A program made the position numbers and the translations under genes. Of a stretch of DNA of 64,000 nt, positions 25,002 to 35,250 are shown piece after piece. The notes below the pieces were generated by a model, which searched no databases, was not told where the DNA came from, and was given only the letters and a program-made list of their open reading frames with translations. Location of the stretch: contig CAVTPV010000005.1 of NCBI GenBank assembly GCA_963736705.1, positions 1,455,056-1,519,055 of the forward strand, in the 5' to 3' direction. The number at the start of each line of letters is the position of its first letter. The first letter of the stretch is position 1. The stretch comes from an uncultured Actinomycetota bacterium (GTDB lineage Bacteria > Actinomycetota > Thermoleophilia > RBG-16-64-13).

Positions 25002-26120
25002 CGTCGGTGCGCCTCGAGGAACTCGATCTCCCCATCCCGGAGGAACTGATCGCGCAGGAGCCCGTCGAGCCCCGCGATTCGTGCCGCCTGATGCGCCTGA
25101 CGGGCGACGGACGGCGGGAGCACCGGGTCTTCGCCGAGCTTCCGGACATCCTGCGGGCCGGGCGACACCCTGGTCTTCAACGACTCGAAGGTGCTGCCGG
25201 CGCGCGTGCTCGCCCACAGGGTCACAGGCGGCAAGGTGGAGTTGCTCTTCCTGCGACCTGTCGCCACCAAGGGGTCGGCGGCCGAGCGCTGGGAGGCGCT
25301 GGCCCGGCCGTCCCATCGGCTGAGACCAGGCGAAGAAGTGGGGCTCGAGGGCGGCGACTCCCTGCGGCTCGTGGAGGCGATGGGGGAGGGCCGCTGGCTG
25401 GTGGCCTCGCCTGACGGTGCCTCTCTGCTTGAGCTTATGGAACGGCATGGGCGGCTTCCCTTGCCTCCCTACATCAAGAAGTACCCGGACGATCCATCGA
25501 GCTACCAGACGGTGTACGCCGCCGCCCTTGGCTCCGCCGCCGCGCCCACGGCCGGTCTGCACTTCACCCCGCACCTGCTGGAACAGTTGCGCTCGGCGGG
25601 AGTGGGGGCGGCCTACGTGACGCTGCATGTGGGCCTGGACACCTTCCAGCCCATCCGCGACGAGTTCGTCGAAGATCACAAGATCCACCGGGAGGCGTTC
25701 TCCGTGGCCGCGGAGGCGCTCGAGACGCTGCGGACCGCGCGGGCGGAAGGGCGACGTCTCATCGCCGTCGGCACCACGGCCACCAGGGTGCTCGAGACGT
25801 TGGGCGGGCTGGGGGTGCTGGAAGCCGGCGCGAAGCTCCCTGCCCCCGACACCGCATCGGTCGCCTCGGTGGTGGCCGGGCCCGACGGGGGGCTGAGCGG
25901 CTCCACGCAGATCTACATCACTCCGGGCTACGCGTTCCGGGCGGTCGACGCCCTGCTGACCAACTTCCATCTGCCCCACAGCACCGTTCTGGCCCTCACT
26001 ATGGCCTTTGCAGGGGTGGAGCGGCTGCGGGACGCGTACGCGGAGGCCATCGCCATGAGGTATCGGTTCTTCAGTTTCGGCGACTCCATGCTGGTGGAGG
26101 GGCGCGATGCGGACGTTTGA
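24998..26120 (+). pseudogene. queA: S-adenosylmethionine:tRNA ribosyltransferase-isomerase QueA, one frame break as sequenced (~25160)
   Basis: [24 protein letters not shown], then LPPYIKK..YQTVYA..GSAAAPTAGLHFT..HVGLDTF..AVGTTATRVLE..LTNFHLPHSTVL..YRFFSFGDSML. Confidence 0.9.
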
Positions 26121-27258
26121 CGGTCTTCCCGACTTCCCCTACACGCTCGAAGCTCAGGACGGCGAGGCCCGGGCCGGCGTCATCGAGACCCCGCGCGGAC
26201 TCGTCCACACGCCGTGCTTCATGCCCGTGGGCACCAAGGGCACGGTCAAGGCCATGACTCCCGACCGGCTGAGGGCGCTGGGCGCTCAGATCATCCTGGC
26301 GAACACCTACCACCTGGCGCTGCGGCCCGGTAGCGACACGGTCAAGCGCCTCGGCGGTCTTCATGCCTTCATGCAGTGGGACGGGCCCATCCTCACCGAC
26401 AGCGGCGGCTACCAGGTCTTCAGCCTGCGCGACACCGCCAAGATGGACGACAGCGGAGTGGCGTTCCGCTCCATCTACGACGGGTCCAAGCACGTGTTCA
26501 CGCCCGAGCGGGCCATGGCGGAGCAGGAGGCCCTGGGCGCGGACTTCATCATGTGCTTCGACCAGTGCCCGCCCGGCACCGCCACGGAGGCGGAAGTGGC
26601 CGACGCCGTGCGCCGGACCTCGCTGTGGGCGGAGCGCTGCAAGGTGGCCCATCAGGAGTGCGACGGCCTAGGGACCGACGGGCCCCAGATGCTCCTGGGC
26701 ATCATGCAGGGGGGAGTGAGCGCCGCATCTGCGCAGGGCCACCGCCGAGCGTCTCCTGGAGATCGGGTTTCCCGGGTATGCCATAGGCGGGCTGACGGTG
26801 GGCGAGGACCGGAGCGCCATGCTCGAGACCACGTCCCTGGCGACGAGCCTGCTGCCGGCCGACAGGCTGCGCTACTTCATGGGCATCGGCGACCCGGAGG
26901 GCCTCATCGAGGTCATCGCGCGCGGCGTGGACATGTTCGACTGCGTGCTTCCCACCAGGACGGCCCGCATGGGCACGGCTTTCACGCCCACGGGCAAGCT
27001 CAACATGCGCAACGCGGAGCATGCGTTCTCCACCGAGCCGCTCGATCCCACGCTGCCCCTGCCAGGCCTGCACCCGGTTCTCCCGGGGGGCCATCAGGCA
27101 CTTCGTCATGCAGAAGGAGATACTCGGGATGATCCTGCTCACCGAGCACAATCTGACCTTCCTCACGAGGCTGGTGGCGGAGGCGCGGCACGGCCATCGT
27201 GGAGGGTCGTTTCGCCGCCTTCAGAAGCGGCCTCAATGCTGCATCTTTGGTAAGATAG
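26107..27258 (+). pseudogene. tgt: queuine tRNA-ribosyltransferase, 3 frame breaks as sequenced (~26722, ~27048, ~27190)
   Basis: ETPRGLVHTPCFMPVGTKGTVK..ILANTYHL..LTDSGGYQVFS, GFPGYAIGGLTVGE..RYFMGIGDP..GVDMFDCVLPTRTARMG, CPCQACTRFSRGAIRHF..LLTEHNL in successive frames. Confidence 0.9.
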
Positions 27259-27329
27259 CGTCTCACCTGTTGGGGCTTCGTTCGCGCCTGCCGTTTTGCA
27301 GGCGGGCGATCGGTAACTAAGGAGGATCT

Positions 27330-27794
27330 TTGTCCAGCTACATGTTGATCATCTACGTCGTGGCCTTCATCGCCATCTTCTACTTCATGGCGATCCGTCC
27401 GCAGCAGAAACAGCGCAGGGCCCATCTGGAACTGCTCAACTCGCTCAAGAAGGGCGACACCATCATCACCGCCGCCGGCATGTACGGCACGGTCAAGAAG
27501 GTCGACGACAACGTCGTCGAAGTCGAGATCGCCAAGGGCGTCACCATCAAGGTCAACCGCCGCGCCGTGTCCGAGATCATCCGCGACCGCGCCGAAGCCA
27601 AGGCCGTCGCTCCGGCCAAGGGCTCCCGTGGCAAGAACGCTCCCGCCGAGATCGAAGCCGCTGACGAAGCCGTCGACGAATCGATGGACGAGGTTGTGGA
27701 CGAAGCCGTCGACCAGCCTGTTGACGCTGATGTCTACGGCTCCGAAGAGACCACCGACGTGGCCGCCGACGAAGACGAGCAGCAGCAGAGCTGA
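27330..27794 (+). CDS. yajC: preprotein translocase subunit YajC with a long acidic C-terminal tail
   Basis: FYFMAIRPQQKQRRAHLELLNSLKKGDTIITAAGMYGTVKKVDDN is the YajC core. It is followed by about 60 aa rich in D/E/A/V. TTG start after AAGGAGGA. Confidence 0.85.
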   Translation: MSSYMLIIYVVAFIAIFYFMAIRPQQKQRRAHLELLNSLKKGDTIITAAGMYGTVKKVDDNVVEVEIAKGVTIKVNRRAVSEIIRDRAEAKAVAPAKGSRGKNAPAEIEAADEAVDESMDEVVDEAVDQPVDADVYGSEETTDVAADEDEQQQS

Positions 27795-27812
27795 CATAGC
27801 GCAGATCACAAT

Positions 27813-27842
27813 GGGGGCCTTCGGGTCCCCGTTGTCTTTTCT
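27813..27842 (+). terminator. intrinsic terminator after yajC
   Basis: GGGGGCC-TTCG-GGTCCCC hairpin (27813-27830) followed by a T-rich GTTGTCTTTTCT tract. Confidence 0.6.
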
Positions 27843-27879
27843 CGGTCCGTAATCTAACCGTCGGCAGGAGGGTGCACCG

Positions 27880-30348
27880 TTGTCCAGAGTGAAGCGTGAC
27901 GCTGGGATCCTGGTCTTGGTGGCCATTTTGCTGGGCATCTTCGCCTGGCAGGCGTTCCCGCTCGGGGAGAAGACCAACCTCGGTCTCGACCTCCAAGGCG
28001 GTCTGTCGGTCATCCTGGAGGCCCAGACGACGACCGACAACCCTCTGGACACCAACAAGATGGACCAGACGGTCAAGATCATCCAGGACCGCGTGAACAA
28101 GCTGGGCGTGGCCGAACCCGAGATCCAGCGCCAGGGCGAGGACCAGATCAGCGTCCAGTTGCCCGGGATCACCAACCAGGAGCAGGCCCTGGCGGTCATC
28201 GGCAAGACGGCTTCGCTCGAGTTCTTCGACGTCAAGGACTTCGGCACGCGCCTACACCACTGAGGCAGACGCCCTGAAGGCCGCCGGGGTGGCCTCCGCC
28301 GACCTGCTTCCCGTCGGGCACTGAGATCATCCAGTGGCCGAGCGCGACCGATACCACGTCGGCCTCCGACAGCTGGTACTCGTCACGGCCAAGCCGGCGG
28401 TGACCGGCGCCATGCTGAACGGCGCCACCATGGGCTACGACCAGAACAACCTGCCCAAGGTCGACATGCAGTTCAACGACGAAGGCAAGGTGGCCTTCGC
28501 AGCCATCACCAAGACCCTGGCCGAACGGGCGCAGATCACCGGCGAGGACCAGCTGCTGGCCATCGTCCTCGACGGCAAGGTCGAGTCGGCTCCGCGCGTG
28601 TTGGACGAGATCCCGGACGGCAACGCCGAGATCACCGGCAAGTTCACCATGCAGGAGGTCAAGGACCTCGTCCTGGTGCTCAACACCGGTAGTCTTCCGT
28701 ACAACCTGCTCCCCGTCAGCCAGAACAGCATCGGCGCCACCCTCGGCCAGTCGGCCCTCAACCAGGCCCTGCTGGCCGGCGCCATCGGCCTTATCCTGGT
28801 CATGGTGTTCATGATCGCCTACTACCGCCTTCTCGGCGTGGTGGCGAGCATCGCCCTCATCATCTACGGGGTTCTGTTCATCGGCATCCTCAACGCCATC
28901 GGCGTGACCATGACCCTGCCCGGCATCGCAGGTATGATCCTGACATTGGGCATGGCGGTCGACGCCAACGTGCTCATCTTCGCCCGCATGCGGGATGAGG
29001 TGGGCGCCGGCAAGACCGTGGCCGCGGCGACCAGCGCCGGGTTCAAGAAGGCCTTCCGCGCCGTCTTCGACTGCAACATGACCACCATCATCACCGCCGT
29101 CATCCTGTTCTGGGCGGCTTCCGGCGGCATCAAGGGCTTCGCTCTCACCCTCGGCGTCGGGGTCGCGCTCTCCATGTTCACGGCTGTCCTCGTGACCCGG
29201 TCCATGCTCAGCCTGCTGAGCGGGTGGAAGCCGTTCCGCAGCATGCGCCTTCTTGGCCTGCACGTGGCCGGCACCAAGAACTGGAAGATCTACCCGTTCA
29301 TGCGGTATCGCTGGTGGTTCCTCAGCACCCTCGGCGCGGTCACCGTGTTCGCGGTCATCACCATCTTCGCCCTCGGGCTTGATTTCGGCATCGACTTCAA
29401 GGGCGGCACGAGGCTGGAGGTCGGGCTCGAGCAGCAGGCCACCGTCGATGAGGTGCGCGACGCTGGTCCATGCCCAGGGCGTCCAGGAACCGGTGGTCCA
29501 GGAGGTCACCGGCGCCAGTGGCACTCATGGCTTCATGATCACCTTCCGCGCGGAGACGGCTGAGGCGGAGCAGGCCCAGGCCACGGCGGTGCTGGCCGCT
29601 CTGGACAGCAAGTTCGGCACCGTGGCCGACGCGACAGGCCAGGAACAGGTCCGGGGCAGCTTCAGCGCCTCGACCACCAACCGGGCCTTCATCGCCTGCG
29701 CCATCGCCATCCTCGCGATCATCGCGTACCTGACGTTCCGGTTCGAGTTCAAGTTCGCCATCCCGGCCATCGTCGCGCTGCTGCACGACGTGGGGTTGAC
29801 GCTCGGCATCTACTCGGCCAGCAACCGGTTGGTGACCACTGCGACGGTCGCCGCCATCTTGACCATCCTCGGGTACTCGGTGCACGACACGATCATCGTG
29901 TTCGACCGCATCCGTGAGAACACGCTCCTCATGAAGAAGGAGACCTACGGCGAGATGGTGGACCTGTCCATCAGGCAGACGCTGATCCGGTCCATCAACA
30001 CCACCGTGGCTCTGCTCCTGCCGCTTCTCGCGATCCTCATCTTCGGGGGGCCGACACTCAAGGACTTCGCCTTCGCGCTCACCATCGGCGTGCTCACCGG
30101 GACCTACTCGTCCTTCTTCGTGGCATCGCCGCTCGTGGTGCTCTGGAAATCGCGTGAGCCCCGGTATCGCAAGCGCATGGCTCTGGCCGGCGCCGGGGCG
30201 GGTGGCGCGAACGTGTCGGTGGACGATGTGACCGCGGAAGCACCGGCCCGCGCGGCAGCGAAGACGCCTTCCAAGACACCCTCGCAAAGTGACTCCTTCG
30301 GCGAAGCCCCGGCAGAACCAGGGCGGTGCTTCGAACAAGTCCGACTAA
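27880..30348 (+). pseudogene. secDF: SecD-SecF fused protein-export membrane protein, at least 4 frame breaks as sequenced; 3' end ambiguous (30348 or 30443)
   Basis: SecD: LGLDLQGGLSV, LTLPGIAGMILTLGMAVDANVLIFAR. It runs without a stop into SecF: IDFKGGTRLEV, LLHDVGLTLG..ILGYSVHDTIIVFDRIREN. An off-frame tail KPRQNQGGASNKSD ends at TAA 30346-30348, followed by a hairpin. Confidence 0.85.
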
Positions 30349-30371
30349 GGGCAAGACTGCTTCGAAACGCC

Positions 30372-30397
30372 CGCCCGGCAAGTGAGCCGGCCGGGCG
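30372..30397 (+). terminator. GC-rich hairpin downstream of the alternative secDF stop
   Basis: CGCCCGGC (30372-30379) pairs with GCCGGGCG (30390-30397) around a 10-nt loop. No U tract. Confidence 0.35.
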
Positions 30398-30435
30398 CGT
30401 GACGCGGGCCTACGTCCCGCCGAAAGGAGGATGCT

Positions 30436-30813
30436 GTGGTTGAGAGTAGTCAGAGTATCCGCGACTTGATCGAACGGACGTTCTTGGTCGGAGTGGGGGC
30501 AGCGGCCTTCACCAAGGACCGGGTGCAGGAGCTCGTCGGAGAGTTCGTGCGCCGTGGCGAGCTGAGCAGCGACGAAGGCCGCGACATGGTCGACCGGCTG
30601 GTCGCCCGCAGCCGCGATGAGGCACGCTCTGTCGTCAAGAAGGCCGATACGTCGCTCAAGGGCGCTCTCCACGACCTCGGTCTCGCCACCCGGCGGGAGC
30701 TCGAGGACCTCGAGATGCGCGTGCGGCAGTTGGAGCATCGACTGGCTCTGCTCGAGGGCACGCCTGAAGGCGAGGCTCCGGGAGGCGCTGGCGAAGCGGC
30801 TCCCGGCGAGTGA
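30436..30813 (+). CDS. phasin-like / PHA-granule-associated-type coiled-coil protein
   Basis: 125-aa ORF after AAGGAGGA. LIERTFLVGVGAAAFTKDRVQELVGEFVRRGELS...LATRRELEDLEMRVRQLE resembles the phasin-family proteins often found next to UbiB/ABC1 kinases. Confidence 0.55.
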   Translation: MVESSQSIRDLIERTFLVGVGAAAFTKDRVQELVGEFVRRGELSSDEGRDMVDRLVARSRDEARSVVKKADTSLKGALHDLGLATRRELEDLEMRVRQLEHRLALLEGTPEGEAPGGAGEAAPGE

Positions 30814-30859
30814 CGCCGGCCGGTCTGTCCGACCTCAGGCTTCTGAGCAGAGGCGCATA

Positions 30860-32541
30860 GTGCGTTCGGCCCCGATACGGCACCCCGGTCTTCTCACCCG
30901 CATCCGTAATCTCGAGCGGATCCGCGAGGTCTCCGAGGTCGCGTTCAAGCACGGCTTCGGGTACTTCTTCGAGCGGCATCCGTTCCTTCCCAGATTGCGG
31001 CATTGGCGAAAGCCGCAGCCGCCGCCCGCCGCGCAGCGCGGGCGCCACATCCGGGAGATGTTCGACGAACTGGGCCCGACCTTCGTGAAGTTCGGCCAGT
31101 TGCTCAGCACCCGGCCCGACATCCTGCCGGCCGACATCGTCGTGGAGTTGGTGAAGCTGCAGGATCAGGTGACGCCTCTTGATGTCGCGGTGGTCCGGGA
31201 GGTCATCACAGCAGGAGCTGGGCCTCACGGTGGAGCAGGCGTTCGAATCGTTCGACATGGAGCCGATCGCCGCCGCTTCCATCGGCCAGGTGCACGGAGC
31301 CGTGTTGCCCGGCGGGGAACGGGTGGTCGTGAAGGTACAGCGCCCGGGAGCGCCTCGGCAGATCCGCAAGGACGTGGACGTCCTTCTTCAGGCGGCCGAG
31401 TTGCTCGAGGGCCGGTTCGAGATCGGCTTCTCGCCCACGGCCGTGGTCAACGAGTTCGCCCGCGCCATCGAGCGGGAACTGGACTACATCCTCGAGGCCC
31501 GCAACGCCGAGCGGTTCGCCAAGAACTTCGCAGAGCAGGAATCCGTGCGCATCCCGTATGTCTACTGGCCGTACACCACCAGCCGCGTGTTGACCATGGA
31601 ACGCATCGACGGGCCGACCCTCAACAGCCCGGCCATCCTGGCTCTGCCCCTCGAGGAGCGCAGAGAGTTGGCAGGCGCCGTGGCCGACTGCTGGTTCAAG
31701 CAGATCCTCGAGGATGGCTTCTTCCACGGCGATCCCCATCCCGCGAACATCGCCTATCTCGGCGATGGGACGTATCGCCCTGTTCGATTTCGGCACCGCC
31801 GGCTTCTTGCGTACCGAGGATCTGGAAGAAGGGGTGCGGCTGTTCCTGCACGTGATGGGCTCCGACATCCCCGGCATCAAGCGGTCGCTCAGGCGCCTGG
31901 GGGTGGAGTGGAGCCCGTCGACGGACGACGGCGTCACGCAGGCCATCGAGGAGGGGTTCAGCCGGTATTTCGGCATGTCGTCGCGCAACGTGGACATGTC
32001 CGCTCTTCTGCACCAGGTGTTCGACATCGTCTTCTCGCTGCGCCTGCGTCTTCCCAGCCGGTTCCTGTTGCTGGACAAAGCCCTCTTGACCATGGAGGGC
32101 GTCGTCAAGAACTTGTATCCCGAGCTGGACATCTTCGAGAAGGGCCGGCACTACGCCGCCGAGCTCAAACAGCGCCGTCTTCACCCCCGGACCATCGCGG
32201 GGCGGGCGCAGCGCTATGCGGCGGAGTATGCGCAGATCATCCAGGACTACCCGGTCCAGATCCACGATCTGCTGGACGAGATGCGGGCCGGGGAGCTGGA
32301 GATACGGTTCCACCACACCGGGCTCGAGAACGTCACCCACCGGCTGGACCTCATCACCAACAGGCTGGTGATGGCCCTCATCACCATCGCCATCGGGGTC
32401 ACCAGCACAGCTATCGGCATCCTCATCGTAGAGGGCCCGCATCTTGGCGGGGTGTCGGTTTGGGGCATCCCGGGGATACTCGTATCCCTGCTGTTCGGGG
32501 TGTGGCTCATCTGGGCCATCGTCCGCTCAGGCCGGCTCTAG
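30860..32541 (+). pseudogene. ubiB: ABC1/UbiB family atypical kinase, 2 frame breaks as sequenced (~31195, ~31775)
   Basis: ELGPTFVKFGQLLSTRPDILP, EPIAAASIGQVHGA..VVVKVQRPG, GFFHGDPHPANI, then GRIALFDFG.. and C-terminal TM helices. Confidence 0.85.
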
Positions 32542-32578
32542 AGGACTTCTCGGTCCGTTACCTGTCCTCTGTCCTCGC

Positions 32579-32584
32579 TATAGT
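32579..32584 (+). promoter_or_regulatory. -10-like TATAGT 9 nt upstream of the recJ ATG (very short leader or leaderless)
   Basis: CGCTATAGTGTGAGTGACATG. No SD between the box and the start codon. Confidence 0.35.
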
Positions 32585-32593
32585 GTGAGTGAC

Positions 32594-35151
32594 ATGACGC
32601 TCACTGATCTCTCTCAGAACACCCGATGGAAGGTAAACCCTTACTCGTGGGCCGCCTCGCGGGAGCTTGCCAATACTCTTGGCCTGCCGCTGGTAGCCGC
32701 GATGGTCCTCGCCGGCCGCGGGCTTTCCGATCCGCGGGAGGCCCGCCGGTTCATCCAGGGTGAGGTGGATATCCCCGATCCGTTCCTCTTCGCCCACATG
32801 GAGGGCGCGGTGGCCGCCATCTCTGAGGTCGTCGACCGGGGCGGGCGGGTGGTCGTGCATGGCGACTACGACGCCGACGGCATCACGGCCACGGCGGTCA
32901 TGCTGCTTGGGCTGCGTGAGCTGGGGCTCGAGGCCGAATGGTATCTGCCCAGCCGCTTCAAGGAGGGATACGGCCTATCGCGCATGGCGGTGGAGTCCAT
33001 CTCCGCGGCGGGACCTGCCTTGCTCATCACCGTGGACTGTGGGGTCAACTACCCGGACGAGGTCGCCCTGGCCAAGGCCAGCGGGTTGGACGTCATCGTG
33101 GTCGATCATCACCAGCCCGGCCCTGTGCTGCCCGATTGCCATCTGATCCACGAGGTGGTCGGTGACTACCCGCACGGCACTCTTTGCGGGGTCGGGCTGG
33201 CTCTCAAGGTCCTGCACGGCGTCCACATGAGGCGGCGAGGCGCGGCGGCCGACAGGCTCCCGCCGGAGCTACTGGCGTTGCTCGATCTGGTGGCCATCGG
33301 CACCATCGCGGACCTCGCCGCGCTCGTGGGGGAGAACCGCTACTACGTGCGCGAAGGGCTCAAGCTCGTGGCCATCGGGCAGAGGGTGGGCCTGCGGGCG
33401 CTGGCGGCCGTGTCGGGATGCACGGGGTCCACGGACGCCTCCACGGTCGCCTATCGGCTGGCGCCGCGGCTGAACGCCGCCGGGCGCCTCGCCGACCCGT
33501 CGCAGCCGCTCCGTCTGCTCCTCACCGAGGACCAGGCCGAGGCCACCACGCTCGCTCAGGAGCTACACGAGCTCAACACCGCTCGGCAGGATGTGGAGCG
33601 GCTGATACTCGAGCAGGCGGTCGAGCGAGTCGACAGTTGCGGCGCGCCGCCCCCGGTCATCGTGCTCGCGGGGGAGGAGTGGCACGAGGGTGTGGTGGGC
33701 ATCGTCGCGGCAAGGCTGGTGGAGAGATACCACCGGCCGGCCATCCTCCTGGGTATCCGGGACGGCGTGGCCAAGGGATCGGGGCGTAGCATCGGCCGGT
33801 ACGACATCATGCAGGGGCTCAATGCGTGCGCCGAGCACCTCACGGTCTATGGCGGGCACCCACAGGCCGTGGGTCTCACTCTCGAGGCCGGCAGATGTCG
33901 ACGAGTTCCGGGCCGCCATCGAGCAGCACGCGTCGCTCCTGCTCGACCCCCGGGATCTCGTTCCCACGTTCCGCAGTGACGCCGTCCTCACCGGGGAAGA
34001 CATCACTGCCGACACGGCCCTGGCGCTCAACTCCCTGGGACCCTTCGGGAGCGGGAATCCCAAGCCCCGGCTCTTGGTAGTCGGCGCCGACCTTCACCAG
34101 GTCGAGACCACGCGCGATGGTTCTCATCTGCGCTGCAACGTCAAGGTCGACAGTGTAAGGGTGCGCGGCATCGGTTTCGGCATGGGCAAGAGCGCCCCCG
34201 GCCTGCAGGCCGACGGAACGGGACAGCTGGTGGGGGTGCAGTTCCAGGTGGATACTTGGCAGGGGTCTCTCAGGCCCGAGTTCGTGATCGAGCACATCGG
34301 GGCGCCGCCCGGAGAAGCCGAGCCGCTGTTCGACTGCGGTCCCGGATGCCTGTCGCTGGCCGGCCGGCGCCGGCCGGCCACTCACGGCAGGCTGTCCAAC
34401 CGACACAGGCACACCCAACGGTCCGGTCGCGCTGCGCATGCCCATCGCTCGAGACCTGCGCGATCGACCGGGACGCACCGGCGCACTTGCCCAGGTGCTG
34501 GCCACAGGTGAGCCGACCCTCGTCGTCGGCTGCTCGCTCCCGCACATGCTGCGGGAGGCCCGTGAACGGTTACCCTTGTCCGACCTCTGCCCCGGCGGCT
34601 TGGCCTGCGCGGTCCAGGGCTGCGACGAGTCTCGGGCGCCGGATGCCCCGGGCGCCGCGGTGGTGGTGGCCGAATGGGACTCGCTCATCCACGATCGGAC
34701 GCTGCTCGCCGGGCGGACGCACGTCGTGGCAGCCGACCCTCCGTACAGGAGAGAGCATGTGGCGCTTCTGGAGGCCGCCGCCCGGGAGGGCGCCAACATC
34801 CATCTCCACTACGGGCACGACGAACGTTCGTCGACGTCCAAGCTGCTCAGGTATCTCGTGCATCCGCGCTTTGCCATGGTGTGCGCATACCGGGCCCTCG
34901 AGACGCTGCGGAGCGACGAGGCAGAGCCCGCGGACGCGGAGCTGGTCGCGCTGGCGGCCACGCTGGCCTGGGATGAGGCCCGCGTGACGCTTGGTCCCGA
35001 AGCGCTTTGCAGGGCTCTCGGCGTACTGCGGGAACTCGGCTTGGACCGCGCATCCGCGGGAGAGGCTAAACTAGAAGCACGCAACATACCGGTGTACGCG
35101 GAAGCCGAAGCCGACTATGAGGAGTGCTCCAGACTGTGCCAGACCCTGTAG
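32594..35151 (+). pseudogene. recJ: single-stranded-DNA-specific exonuclease RecJ, long form with C-terminal extension, about 2 frame breaks as sequenced (~33890, ~34350)
   Basis: VVVHGDYDADGITA, SRFKEGYGL, LITVDCG, VVDHHQP (DHH motifs); AYRLAPRLNAAGR, GGHPQAVG (DHHA1). OB-like part GSGNPKPRLLV. About 240 further aa are in the frame of ORF 34438..35151. Confidence 0.85.
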
Positions 35152-35250
35152 AGACCAGCCAGCCTTCGCCGCCTCCCCCTAAGCCGCCCCGACGCGCCCC
35201 GGCCGACGCGCCCTCCGCGGAGGAGATGCTCCAGGGCATCATCCTGCAAG

